Virus record (IMG/VR): IMGVR_UViG_3300029309_000005
Coordinates: 1-64,000 of that record
Length of the DNA: 64,000 bases
Direction: 5' to 3' (one strand)
From: a virus
Under the pieces are notes generated by a model, which did not search any database, was not told where the DNA came from, and was given only the letters and a program-made list of their open reading frames with translations. Shown here one piece after another: positions 47,433-57,569 of the stretch (its first letter is position 1; each line of letters starts with the position of its first letter). Position numbers and translations under genes: made by a program.

Positions 47433-47860
47433 TTACAATGTATTCAAGTAGCGGGTGGAGAGATAATCGCCCTAGGGCGCATATTTACAATATGTTCCAA
47501 AAACAAGATCCTGTTACATCAGTCTCAACAGCACCTGCGGCTCAATTAATTAATGCCATAGATGATGGTATTCAATCATTAGCAAGGCAATGCGATGAAA
47601 TGAATCAACTTATGTCGCAAGCACGTTCAACCAATGTCGCTTCTGAACCAACAATTGCACTTCAAAAGAATGTTGATGCACTTAGGCAGAAGGTTTTGTC
47701 ATTGACTCAAGACATTTCAATGATTCGAGAAGCACATGCTTCAATTGCACAAATGCAGCCCCTTGCACCAGTTCAGCCTAACGATCCAATGATGGCTTCG
47801 CAAGATCAACAACCGCCAATGAACCCAATGGGTGGTGGCATGGGAGGTATGGGAGTATGA
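47429..47860 (+). CDS. coiled-coil protein with GGM tail
   Basis: 143 aa; ends MGGGMGGMGV. Confidence 0.6.
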   Translation: MITMYSSSGWRDNRPRAHIYNMFQKQDPVTSVSTAPAAQLINAIDDGIQSLARQCDEMNQLMSQARSTNVASEPTIALQKNVDALRQKVLSLTQDISMIREAHASIAQMQPLAPVQPNDPMMASQDQQPPMNPMGGGMGGMGV

Positions 47861-48177
47861 GTGAGGCCCAGGAACAGGAACATATTGATATTCTCAAAGA
47901 ATTGGTTTCAGAAGTTCGTGTTCTAAACCAGCGTGTTCAAGCACTTGAGGCTGAGAATAATACTTTGGCAAAAGCAATGAGCGACCCTGAAATGCTTATG
48001 AGGAAACAAGGATGGAAAAAGTTCACCACTCCCCATGCAGAAGAAACATTTGACCCATTAAATCGTGAAATTCCAGTCGATAACACACCATTCTCAGGGA
48101 GTGGCGACTTATTCCTAAAATCAAGGGATGAAAGACTCAAAGAGTGGGAAGCAGCAGAAAAACAGGTGAGAGTATAA
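47857..48177 (+). CDS. coiled-coil hypothetical protein
   Basis: 106 aa. Confidence 0.6.
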   Translation: MSEAQEQEHIDILKELVSEVRVLNQRVQALEAENNTLAKAMSDPEMLMRKQGWKKFTTPHAEETFDPLNREIPVDNTPFSGSGDLFLKSRDERLKEWEAAEKQVRV

Positions 48178-49235
48178 TGAGCGCACAATGGTTTAATCCG
48201 CTTGAACAAACTCCAGAAGGACTTCTTTTGAAAGATGTTAGAGTATTATTGAAAGAAGTAAAGAACAAAAAGAAGGCTGATCTTGACAATGATGGGAAAC
48301 TATCTAGTTATGAAAAAAAGCGTGGAAAAGCAATTGAACAATCTATGGCAAGGCAAGGCTACAAATCAAATCGTGGTCAAACTCCACCAAAAAAATTACC
48401 AAGACCAAAAGGTAACAAAAACAAAATTGATAAAACAACTGAAATACTTATTGAAATGGGTATTATCAAAAATACAAATTGTAGTGAATGTAAAGAGGCA
48501 ATGAATAAAAACATGGAATGCCATAGATGCGCTGGCGTAAGAAAAGCCTCTATGGATGAGAAAGATGAGTATTGTCGAAAGAACTTTGGGCGTGAATACT
48601 CTAAATGCACACCAAAACAACAAGCGCAATGTGATAGGCATTGCGGAAAAGTGTCAAAGGCTGAGAATCATGAGAGTAAAATTAGGGCTTGCCTCAAGGA
48701 AAAAGGAGGGGCTGCTAGTCTTGATGATTGTGCCAAAGTGTGTGGTATTTCTGACAAAGAATGTAAAAAAATCATTAGCAACATGGATGGTGTAAAAATA
48801 TCACCACATGGAGATGTTGTGTTAATGGATGGTCTGCAAAAAAGCGAAATCAAAAAATACAGCCAAGAATCTAGTGTTGAAAATCTAAAACCTATTTTTG
48901 AAAATGTCGATGGTGGAAAACCTGTAAGAGCGCATGGTTTTACAACAAATGGAACATACCCTGCAACTAACGATGGCCCTAAAAAGTCAATAATAAGTGA
49001 AAATGCAAAGATTCCATCTGTTGCTCAAAAAGGATATACTGTGAAAAGTAGTAGTTTGCATATGCACTACAATGATGCTGGAGGCAATAGAAAAAATCCT
49101 CCAAATATTGATACTATTGAGCAGAGACTTGCATCACTAACAAAACATGCAGGTCGAAACAATCTTGGTATTATTGGTGAGATTGAAGGGTTGCTCAAGC
49201 AAGTTAGAGAGCGCACAGAGAATCCTTCCAATTGA
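48177..49235 (+). CDS. modular Cys-rich/basic protein, probable internal head protein
   Basis: Start ATG 48177; EF-like DLDNDGKLSSYE; small Cys modules separated by RK|AS, SK|AE, QK|SE. Confidence 0.6.
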   Translation: MSAQWFNPLEQTPEGLLLKDVRVLLKEVKNKKKADLDNDGKLSSYEKKRGKAIEQSMARQGYKSNRGQTPPKKLPRPKGNKNKIDKTTEILIEMGIIKNTNCSECKEAMNKNMECHRCAGVRKASMDEKDEYCRKNFGREYSKCTPKQQAQCDRHCGKVSKAENHESKIRACLKEKGGAASLDDCAKVCGISDKECKKIISNMDGVKISPHGDVVLMDGLQKSEIKKYSQESSVENLKPIFENVDGGKPVRAHGFTTNGTYPATNDGPKKSIISENAKIPSVAQKGYTVKSSSLHMHYNDAGGNRKNPPNIDTIEQRLASLTKHAGRNNLGIIGEIEGLLKQVRERTENPSN

Positions 49236-52200
49236 GGGGGGATTTTGTGACTAGCGACTTAGATAGATTGCGAACTGATGCAATAGTATCTATTCTAAGA
49301 GGTTCAGATTACAATATTGAAAAGTATATGGATCAAGTTCCTGAGCAAATATCAGGCTCTCCAGAAGATATGGTTACAATGCTTGGGGCTATGGAACCTA
49401 GATTGCCCGAATATAGGATGCAAGACTTGTCAAAGCCTCTGCCTGTATCTCAAATGAAAATTCCAAACTACGAAGATTTTGTTGCAGGTCATACTAAAAT
49501 ATCAAACAGTCCTATCAAAGACTGGCCCCTTGCTTCAGCAGACAACCAATTTGGAGAGCATCATGTTTTTGGAATGGCTTCAAACAGTTGTCCTCTATTG
49601 CATGGTGCTGCACATGGCGACCCTGCATACGCAGAACACTTGGCACATGTGATGCCAATGCTAAAACAAATTGCAGCACGTGAAAAGCAGTTAAATTATG
49701 ATAAAAGGATCTATGGCGACCCAAAAGAAAGTCAATATGATTTAATGGTTAGAGATCGTAATCGTTACAGAACATATACAGATGAAGAATATTCTCAAGG
49801 AAAAATAGAGGAATGGAAAAAGAATCTAGGTCTGCTACCGTATCTTTTTGGTTTAGAATATCAAACGGATGAACAGCGTGAAAACTTTGTTGACTTGATT
49901 AGACAATTGGCAACCACTGAGGGGATGATTTCTCCAGATGGTAAATTCATAAGAAATAAAATGCAAGAAAAAGCAGGTATATCTTGGGGTAGGGCATTGC
50001 GTAATTTTAGAGCAAGATTCATTCCTTTAATTCAATGGTGGAAAAGAGCCAGCGATAGACATGGCCCTGTATCTCCCGTTCAAAATATGATGGATTTAGA
50101 AACTCTTGTTAAATCTGATACTAATGATGCAGGGCCGCATTATGCTAGTCCGTTTGTGCTAGTTCCTCCATCTGAAATAACAAACTCTCATACATATCAA
50201 TGGTGGGATATTTACCAGCCCTGGGGCGGTGTTGGTCGTGATTTGAATTCATTGCATGATGTAATGAAACAATCTTATCCGAAGATTTTTGATGGAGGAT
50301 GGTTAGATAATACTTTGATGTTAGCCTCTAATTCTATTTTAGATACCTATAATACAGATGGTGGTAGTCATTTTCCACATTTGATTAACCATCCACAATC
50401 AAGTGGAACTCCTGAATATAGTTCTCTAAAATCGACATTTGACGATGTGTTTGAAAGAAAAAGAGCAAACTTTAGTCATGCTTCTAATCTTCATTTCCTA
50501 CATCCTAGTGAAATAACAGGACAGGGCGGTAGGATGTTAATACCTTCAGACCAAATGATATTGAGTCGCTTAGGCAGATCCTTAGCAAGTCAAACTGATA
50601 TGGGTGCGCCAAGAATTGGAATGTTTAGAGAGGAACACCCAACAAGTAATCCTACATATTGGGATAGTCACAATGCTTTGTTTGCTGCAAATGATATGCA
50701 CATTGGCAAGGTAATGAATAATATGGCTCAACAAGTAATGAAACAGTTTGGGTCAGGAATATTAAATCCTCAAGACCCAAATAATATCGAAGCGGCTACT
50801 CTTGCACGTGGTAATTTACAACAAATAGCAAGTGCGGCTGACTTTGTATTAAAACGAATGAACATGGGTGAAGAATACAAAGCATTAGCCCCTACTTTAG
50901 AAAACGGCATGATGAATATGCAAATAAAACCGATTGGCCCTATAAGCCCAAACTCATTTGCTACAACCCCCCCTACATACCTCACAGGGAATACACATTT
51001 ATGGGGCCACGAAATGCCAACAAACTTAGCATGGAAAGAGGATCGTAAAAGCGGGGGTGTTAAGTTTTCACAAATCGCAGAACCATTCAATATAATGCAA
51101 AGGACTGTGCATGAAAATAAAATCAAAGCCATATTACCTTCATTACTAGATACTAATATTATGCCAAAGCAGAATGATATAATGGCCTTATCTGCATTAG
51201 ATAGTAGAGGTCTTTCACCTATTGCTACTGGTAGTCTATTGAAGTCTGATGAGTATGAGCCAACGGGTGTATTCAAAACAAAAATTATACCTGCATATAC
51301 CATTCACAAATTAGATGATATGGATAAATTAAAAGGGTTTTCTGGTGAATGGGTGGTTCAAAAAATGCCAAAAGGCAAAAGAATGTTTATTGAAAAGAAA
51401 GAAAATCATTTGAAGAATGGTAAATTGCCATCCGAAGTAAAGAAGGATCTTCGTAAAATAAATGGGGATTTTACATTTGATGCTTATTTAGATGGAGATA
51501 CTTTGTCAGTAGTTGATTTGTTAGTTCACAAAGGAACGGATATGCACCTTGAGCCTTTAGAAGATAGAGTCAATGCTCTTAGAACTCTATATGATTCAAC
51601 TGAAAATGTTCATTTTCCAATGCCAACTAATTGTGTTTCAACTGATCAAGAGGGTTTGAGTAAGGCAATTACGGCATTCGATGAGTCTGAACTACTGATT
51701 CGAGATTCTAAATCTACATTTATGAAAGAGAAAGAAGTGCATCCCAAATGGATTAGATATGCAAAAGATTCTATCGCTAAGGCTTTCTATCCACCAATGC
51801 CCGAACTAATAGTTTATCCAAACAAAATTAAATTGTGTTATCCTTCTGTGTTTGAACCTGTGGTTGTGAAAGGCTCATTTGATGGCATTGGTTTTGATAT
51901 TGCAGGATATGAAGGTAATCAAGCAATGCTTTCAAAGGCTGTTCGAGATATACCCCTTTGGAGTCCGGTAGCCATTAGTTTATTGAAAGAGGGTGCAGCG
52001 ACAGGTAGTGGTGGTGCATTTACATCAACCAGCACTGGCGGTTTCAATCCGATTCATTCAAAACCTAATAGAAAAAATAGACCACGAAAACTAAAGATAG
52101 TGAAAGAAACAATAGTTCGTGCGCCATCTGTAATTGGTGAAGATGAGGAAGGAGATAGTGTCGCAGATACTATGAAATATGCAAGGAAAGCAATTACAAT

Positions 52201-52678
52201 AGATGACCAGGCAAAAACAACAAAACAACTTTTAGAAAAAGTCAAAGGTCTAAATGAAAAAATGCTAGAAATGTATGCTGGCGAATACGGTTTGGAGAGA
52301 ACTAAAGATGGAAAAAAGTGGACTATTAATGAGGCAATAGATGACGACATCATTGAAAGAATGTTTCCACGTATGAACCGTATCTCTCCAGACGGAGGTG
52401 CTTGGGCGGGTATGCAAGCAGACATTACTGCACCAAGAGGGCCAACAGAATTGATTGAAGATAGTGGAACTACATTTTACGATCCAAAACAAAATGAAGA
52501 AGTTGAGGAAATACCAATGAAACATCTCAAAGTCAAAGATGATATGACTGGAGATGAAGCAGTTATTGACATCAAAGATGGAAAAGCAACACTTCGTATG
52601 CCATTAAAAACACAGCAGGAGTTGGCAGATGAGCAAGAAGTTGAGGCTGATGATAGATCAGAACCACAAGAAATCTGA
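49232..52678 (+). CDS. large head-module protein containing an ATP-dependent ligase-like nucleotidyltransferase domain
   Basis: EWVVQKMPKGKRMFI (motif I-like), FTFDAYL, VVDLL, PLEDRVNAL, LLIRDSKSTF, KWIRY; flanked by LLK|SD and IAK|AF. Confidence 0.6.
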   Translation: MRGDFVTSDLDRLRTDAIVSILRGSDYNIEKYMDQVPEQISGSPEDMVTMLGAMEPRLPEYRMQDLSKPLPVSQMKIPNYEDFVAGHTKISNSPIKDWPLASADNQFGEHHVFGMASNSCPLLHGAAHGDPAYAEHLAHVMPMLKQIAAREKQLNYDKRIYGDPKESQYDLMVRDRNRYRTYTDEEYSQGKIEEWKKNLGLLPYLFGLEYQTDEQRENFVDLIRQLATTEGMISPDGKFIRNKMQEKAGISWGRALRNFRARFIPLIQWWKRASDRHGPVSPVQNMMDLETLVKSDTNDAGPHYASPFVLVPPSEITNSHTYQWWDIYQPWGGVGRDLNSLHDVMKQSYPKIFDGGWLDNTLMLASNSILDTYNTDGGSHFPHLINHPQSSGTPEYSSLKSTFDDVFERKRANFSHASNLHFLHPSEITGQGGRMLIPSDQMILSRLGRSLASQTDMGAPRIGMFREEHPTSNPTYWDSHNALFAANDMHIGKVMNNMAQQVMKQFGSGILNPQDPNNIEAATLARGNLQQIASAADFVLKRMNMGEEYKALAPTLENGMMNMQIKPIGPISPNSFATTPPTYLTGNTHLWGHEMPTNLAWKEDRKSGGVKFSQIAEPFNIMQRTVHENKIKAILPSLLDTNIMPKQNDIMALSALDSRGLSPIATGSLLKSDEYEPTGVFKTKIIPAYTIHKLDDMDKLKGFSGEWVVQKMPKGKRMFIEKKENHLKNGKLPSEVKKDLRKINGDFTFDAYLDGDTLSVVDLLVHKGTDMHLEPLEDRVNALRTLYDSTENVHFPMPTNCVSTDQEGLSKAITAFDESELLIRDSKSTFMKEKEVHPKWIRYAKDSIAKAFYPPMPELIVYPNKIKLCYPSVFEPVVVKGSFDGIGFDIAGYEGNQAMLSKAVRDIPLWSPVAISLLKEGAATGSGGAFTSTSTGGFNPIHSKPNRKNRPRKLKIVKETIVRAPSVIGEDEEGDSVADTMKYARKAITIDDQAKTTKQLLEKVKGLNEKMLEMYAGEYGLERTKDGKKWTINEAIDDDIIERMFPRMNRISPDGGAWAGMQADITAPRGPTELIEDSGTTFYDPKQNEEVEEIPMKHLKVKDDMTGDEAVIDIKDGKATLRMPLKTQQELADEQEVEADDRSEPQEI

Positions 52679-52721
52679 AACCTACCCCTTCATATAGGAT
52701 TACACTAACTCGACTGATTCA

Positions 52722-54119
52722 ATGGCGAACAGTCTCACCATCGAAACAGCATCTTGGAGTGCTGATGGTTCTGACTTTTTGCTAAAGTCTGCTGGTAGCC
52801 AAGGTGAACTATATGTTGCTGGCTACGCATCAGTTGATATGGTGGATAAGCAGGGAGATAGAATCCCAACATCTGCGCTAAAAAAGGCATTTTCACAATT
52901 TATGGATAACAAGGCTTTCAGAAATGTTCAGTTAGCACATTCTGGAATACAGGTTGGAGAAGTGGTTGCAGACCACACTGATTCTGAAGGCCGTGTTTGG
53001 AAATCTGAAGTCGATAATCACGGACTGTTCGTAGTCTGTAAGATTCGTAACGACATACAAAAAGCACGTGAAGTGCAAAAACAAATTCGCAATGGAGATT
53101 TGCGAGCATTTTCGATTGGCGGCCAAGCCTTATTCCGTGTAAGTAAAACTACACCAGAACTTGGTAGTCATCGTGAAATAACCGATCTTGAGTTACATGA
53201 GATTACACTGTGCAAGAAAGGTATTAACCCTGAATCGGGTTATACAATACTAAAAATGGAAGGCGATAACGTGAGCAATACCGAAGTATTAGAAGAAATA
53301 AAGGCTGGACTTAGCGAAGTTCTAAAAGAATTGAGTGAGAAGGCTGATGACAAAGAAATGAAAGAAATGAAAGAAATGAAGGAGATGAAACCCTCAAGTC
53401 ATGGTGACAAAATGTATGCAGAAGATGATAAGATGTATGCAGAGGATGATAAGATGATGGGCAAATCTGAAGAAGCCGCCCTTGATTACATCACTACACT
53501 TGAGAAGTTTGCACACGATTCCGGTGTGGACTTGAACGGACTTCGTGACCACTTTGGACTTGAAAAAGCGTATATGCTAGAGCAAGGTCAAGGCGGCTAT
53601 TCCCACAGGGGTCAAGGCGATGAAATAGGATCTGGCGAAGATGCAACCGAGCCAGCCTACCCAACTCTCCCAAGTCCTGGTGGCAACCAATATGTCATCA
53701 AAGCACCAAATGTAGGAGGTATGAATATGAACGCACCAAAAGGAAACCAGAATGTTATCAAACAATTGACCCCTGAAACACTAGAAAAGGGTTACAGAAC
53801 ATATGCAGCACTTAGAGATGAAGAAGCAGTAAAAGCACTTGTAGAGAAGGAGTGGCAAGACCGCTACCATCAAGAAACTGCACACGCTCTTGAAGTTAGA
53901 AAGCAATCCGATGTTGGGCTACAACTAGATTCCCTACGTGAAGAAATTGCCATGCTAAAATCTGAAAACGCATCTCTACAAAAGAGTGACGTTACACCAA
54001 CTACACCATCCACCTCCATTCGTGTGCCAACTCATGAAGAATTCGCACAAATGGGTAGTGACTTGGAAGGCTGGAGAGCAGCAGAGATGCTTGCTCAGAG
54101 AGCATTAAGAGGTGAGTGA
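52722..54119 (+). CDS. HK97-type prohead protease fused to scaffold-like C-terminal region
   Basis: VAGYAS..VDKQGD.I, H...VG, GLFVVCKI, G.LRAFSIGG, LHEITLC..GINP; acidic coiled-coil tail. Confidence 0.9.
   Translation: MANSLTIETASWSADGSDFLLKSAGSQGELYVAGYASVDMVDKQGDRIPTSALKKAFSQFMDNKAFRNVQLAHSGIQVGEVVADHTDSEGRVWKSEVDNHGLFVVCKIRNDIQKAREVQKQIRNGDLRAFSIGGQALFRVSKTTPELGSHREITDLELHEITLCKKGINPESGYTILKMEGDNVSNTEVLEEIKAGLSEVLKELSEKADDKEMKEMKEMKEMKPSSHGDKMYAEDDKMYAEDDKMMGKSEEAALDYITTLEKFAHDSGVDLNGLRDHFGLEKAYMLEQGQGGYSHRGQGDEIGSGEDATEPAYPTLPSPGGNQYVIKAPNVGGMNMNAPKGNQNVIKQLTPETLEKGYRTYAALRDEEAVKALVEKEWQDRYHQETAHALEVRKQSDVGLQLDSLREEIAMLKSENASLQKSDVTPTTPSTSIRVPTHEEFAQMGSDLEGWRAAEMLAQRALRGE
53352..53387 (+). 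repeat. 9-nt tandem repeat AAAGAAATG (KEM x4)
   Basis: Seen directly; followed by a DKMYAED duplication. Confidence 0.85.
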
Positions 54120-54120
54120 A

Positions 54121-55269
54121 ATGACACAAGGATATATTCGCACAATTGAAGATATGGAACGCTTGTATTACGGTGCAGGTGCAGGAACAAACGCATGGGC
54201 ATACAGTGGAACAGACTTATTGAAGGCTGACAATCCCCTAATGTCCTCTACTGCTGGAACATACCAAGCCATTTTTGGTCGTAAAGTATGGTCACAGTTA
54301 AATCAAGAATTCAACGCATTTAGCATTCTGCCAAAGAAGCCTTGGGAGAAATCTGGATGGCGTGTTGTAACTGGTAAGCCAACTGATGCAGTAGGATTGC
54401 CAGAAAACGGTGCGCTACCGGATTCCACCAAGCCAACATTTGAAGAAGTTGCTACAAAGCCAAAGACAGTCGCAAGCAAATTCGACCTATCTGAAACTGC
54501 AATGTTCCTTGCTGACAAGGATGACGGTCTAGGTGACGCAAGAGCAGTTATCAAGATGGAAATGTCGAAATCTCACGCAGAATCAATTAACAAAATGTTG
54601 CTTCGTGATGTAGATACAGTCGCTGGAAACAACTTTGAATCCATTGATCGTGCTGTTTCATCATCCTTTACTGAGCCAGCATCTTTCGCTGATATTTCAG
54701 CACTATCAGACCACAACCAGTATTCTATCACCCGTAACTCAACTGGTGCTAACTCTTGGTTCGATGCAAACGTAGATGCTGGAACTGGAGGAACAGAGCG
54801 ACCATTGACACTGAATGTGCTTGATGGAATGTTTAGACAAGTTTGGGAACGTGGTGGTCAGCCAAAGGTTATTCTAACTGGCTATGACACTATTGAGAAG
54901 ATTCAACAACTATTGCAGCCTCAACAAAGATTTACTGAGATGCAAAGAGTTACACCATCAGTCAACGGAGTGCAAGGTATTCCTGGTATGGAGGGCGGAT
55001 TCGTAGTAGCAACCTACAACGGTGTGCCAATTATACCTGCTAAAGATGTTCATGCACCATCTGGTGGACTTTCAAGAATTTACATGCTAGACACAGATTA
55101 CATGTATTTCTGCACAGCAAAACCAACTCTTTACCATGAAAGCGGAATTGAGACTGGCGATCCATTCGGTATCAACAGATTGGGTCAGGTTGGTCTATTC
55201 CACACAATGGGTGAACTATGGCAACTGTTCTATGGCGCACATGGAAAGATTCGTGACCTAAGTGCATGA
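54121..55269 (+). CDS. major capsid protein (HK97 fold)
   Basis: Follows protease; ~380 aa; PKKPWEKSGWRV, LPENGALPD, YNGVPII, GEL...HGKIRDL. Confidence 0.88.
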   Translation: MTQGYIRTIEDMERLYYGAGAGTNAWAYSGTDLLKADNPLMSSTAGTYQAIFGRKVWSQLNQEFNAFSILPKKPWEKSGWRVVTGKPTDAVGLPENGALPDSTKPTFEEVATKPKTVASKFDLSETAMFLADKDDGLGDARAVIKMEMSKSHAESINKMLLRDVDTVAGNNFESIDRAVSSSFTEPASFADISALSDHNQYSITRNSTGANSWFDANVDAGTGGTERPLTLNVLDGMFRQVWERGGQPKVILTGYDTIEKIQQLLQPQQRFTEMQRVTPSVNGVQGIPGMEGGFVVATYNGVPIIPAKDVHAPSGGLSRIYMLDTDYMYFCTAKPTLYHESGIETGDPFGINRLGQVGLFHTMGELWQLFYGAHGKIRDLSA

Positions 55270-55303
55270 TGGAGATATTAGAAAATAATTGGAGATGAAG
55301 ATA

Positions 55304-55708
55304 ATGGCAAACGCAAATATCACAGGAAATGGAGAAGTAATACTAGACATACCTTTGGCTGGTGTCGGTGGGGCAACCATCGTCAACAACTCAGGAACAC
55401 TAATTTCTAGTGGAGACACTGATTGGCTACAAACACCTATCGGTAGCAACGCTGGTAACACACCAGTCAGTCTTGGAATTGTTGAAGTAACTGTTACAGC
55501 AACCAACACAGCAACCACTTACGACCTAGCACTAGCAACCAACGCTGTTAGTGGAACTGAACTCGTAGCGGTTCTTGACGGTCACAACATCACAACAGCA
55601 GCAGGTCGAATGGCTCAAGGAGATCATACAACGACCCTAATCAAATTCGCTGCTGATGCAGGTGTAGTTGCTGCTGACAAATTCCGAATTACATTCTTGT
55701 ATCGTTGA
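55304..55708 (+). CDS. putative capsid decoration/minor head protein
   Basis: Thr/Gly/Ala-rich beta protein right after MCP. Confidence 0.5.
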   Translation: MANANITGNGEVILDIPLAGVGGATIVNNSGTLISSGDTDWLQTPIGSNAGNTPVSLGIVEVTVTATNTATTYDLALATNAVSGTELVAVLDGHNITTAAGRMAQGDHTTTLIKFAADAGVVAADKFRITFLYR

Positions 55709-55718
55709 GGTGTCCTTT

Positions 55719-56090
55719 ATGGGCATTTTAGTCCAATACGTGGGCGCACGTGCATACACAGAGTTTCCTCTAAATGGAGTCAGAACTGGCTTTTCTAGGG
55801 GTATGATTCGTGAGTTACCTGAAGATTTCGTAGATGCGATGATTAGACCAGGTATCGAGAATGGATCTAAAATGTGGAAAATTGTTGATGAGGTAAAGCC
55901 TGATCAAACTGAAGCAATGAAGTCTGTAATTGAGCCTACTGTTGAAGAACCAGTTGAAGAAACATCTAATGAAGATGTTGATTATTCATCTTTAACTAGA
56001 GCAAAACTAATGTCACTTTGTAAAGAACGTGGAATTGCAGTAAAAAATACTAGCAAGAAAGCGGAATTGATTGAGTTGTTGTCTGCATAA
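55719..56090 (+). CDS. protein with C-terminal HeH/Rho-N (SAP-like) domain
   Basis: DYSSLTRAKLMSLCKERGIAVKNTSKKAELIELL. Confidence 0.7.
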   Translation: MGILVQYVGARAYTEFPLNGVRTGFSRGMIRELPEDFVDAMIRPGIENGSKMWKIVDEVKPDQTEAMKSVIEPTVEEPVEETSNEDVDYSSLTRAKLMSLCKERGIAVKNTSKKAELIELLSA

Positions 56091-56103
56091 GTAGGGGTTA
56101 AAT

Positions 56104-56616
56104 ATGGGCCTAGATGCAATAGATGACGGTGACTTTTACCTAAGCCGTTGCCGTGTTAATCGCCATGTCGTTACAATGAATGCTGGAGAGGTAGGTCAAG
56201 TTCGTTTGAATGGTAAAGTATCAAAAGTAATCATTGATGCAACCCAATCCGCATACAGTTCTGGTTCTGGCACTAATTTAGGTCGATTTCAATTAAAAAT
56301 GGATGTTGATGATGGAGATGGGGCGCAACTTCAATACTTTGATCAGATAACTGGATTGAATTATTCCGGTGGAGGTTCAAATCAAATAACCTATCTCGAA
56401 GTATCGCAAGGTGCAAATCAAGGAACAGCCAATAGTAAGAATGGGATGCACTTTTCAGTATCAGCCCCTACTACTGGTAGTAGTGGTGGAGGAACTTTCA
56501 ATGAACCGGCATCATGGAACGGTTTGGTTTGCGGATTAGTAAGCATTGTATGTGATACCGCATCAGGAACTTTGAACTCAGCAAACACAATACGGGTAAT
56601 TATCTATTTAGAATGA
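56104..56616 (+). CDS. putative virion structural protein
   Basis: Gly/Ser-rich beta protein in head module. Confidence 0.5.
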   Translation: MGLDAIDDGDFYLSRCRVNRHVVTMNAGEVGQVRLNGKVSKVIIDATQSAYSSGSGTNLGRFQLKMDVDDGDGAQLQYFDQITGLNYSGGGSNQITYLEVSQGANQGTANSKNGMHFSVSAPTTGSSGGGTFNEPASWNGLVCGLVSIVCDTASGTLNSANTIRVIIYLE

Positions 56617-56665
56617 GGCTTTACTCTAGCAAGGAATATAAACAATAACACAATGAGGGAAGAAT

Positions 56666-57040
56666 ATGGCACTGACTGTAACACAGAAGGGAAGAAAGAA
56701 CGTAATAGGTTCAAGACAAATGGTAACTTTAGATATTACTTTTGGCAACAATTATCCTACTGGCGGAGAAAACCTAGATTTAGAGGAATATGTAGGCACT
56801 ATCGACCTAGTAATGACTGAAACTGCAAGTAATGGAATAAATGCTTTTTACGATAGAACCAATAAGAAGTTGAAGGCTTTTGGAACTATTGCCCCGTCTG
56901 TTGTTGATGCAGACCCTGGTTCCAATGCTACCAACTTGGAAGGCGAATTAAGTGTAACTTCTGGTTACGGTGAAATTGAAAATGGGTCTAACCTATCGTC
57001 AGTTACAGTATCTCTAGTAGTGTATGGCACACGATCATGA
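56666..57040 (+). CDS. putative virion structural (head decoration/fibre) protein
   Basis: ITFGNNYPTGGE...YDRTNKKLKAF...EIENGSNLS; preceded by TATAAA box. Confidence 0.55.
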   Translation: MALTVTQKGRKNVIGSRQMVTLDITFGNNYPTGGENLDLEEYVGTIDLVMTETASNGINAFYDRTNKKLKAFGTIAPSVVDADPGSNATNLEGELSVTSGYGEIENGSNLSSVTVSLVVYGTRS

Positions 57041-57055
57041 TGGGGGTTTTTTCCC

Positions 57056-57370
57056 ATGCCACGACTAGAACTGGGCGAAATTGACCTTGATACATCAATT
57101 GAGATAAAAAAGCGCAGAAATAGTCGAATGTTTGAGATAATGACATCTCAAGGTTCTATTGGTGAAGATCAATCTCCATTTAGTAGAGAGAATATGGAGA
57201 GAGCGCAAACACGTTTTGTCAAAGTAACTAAGGAACAGGCTCAAGATATTCAGAATATAGGTTCAGGAACTAGATGCACTTCATGTGGGTTACTACATTT
57301 TTGTTGGACTCCTAATTGTGCTGTTTGTGGAGAACCAATGTATTTTAATTTAGGAGGCCATCATCAATGA
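57056..57370 (+). CDS. Zn-ribbon protein
   Basis: CTSCG...CAVCG. Confidence 0.6.
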   Translation: MPRLELGEIDLDTSIEIKKRRNSRMFEIMTSQGSIGEDQSPFSRENMERAQTRFVKVTKEQAQDIQNIGSGTRCTSCGLLHFCWTPNCAVCGEPMYFNLGGHHQ

Positions 57371-57558
57371 GCGAACCTGTGTTTCAAACATCGTTTCAAT
57401 TGATGAAGTTTGGTGATTGCCCAGTTTGTCTTGGCGATGCACTTAGATGCCCAACACCTCAAGTTCCAATGTCGGCTTGCCGAATGCGGAGGGGGGCAAT
57501 CCGTCATATGCTCAAAAGAATGATGAAGCCTGTGGATGTTCGGCCCCCAAGAATGTAA
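57367..57558 (+). CDS. small Cys/Arg-rich protein with variant leader
   Basis: MSEPVFQTSFQLMK|FG; ATGA overlap with upstream gene. Confidence 0.5.
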   Translation: MSEPVFQTSFQLMKFGDCPVCLGDALRCPTPQVPMSACRMRRGAIRHMLKRMMKPVDVRPPRM

Positions 57559-57569
57559 GGGGAAACGAT

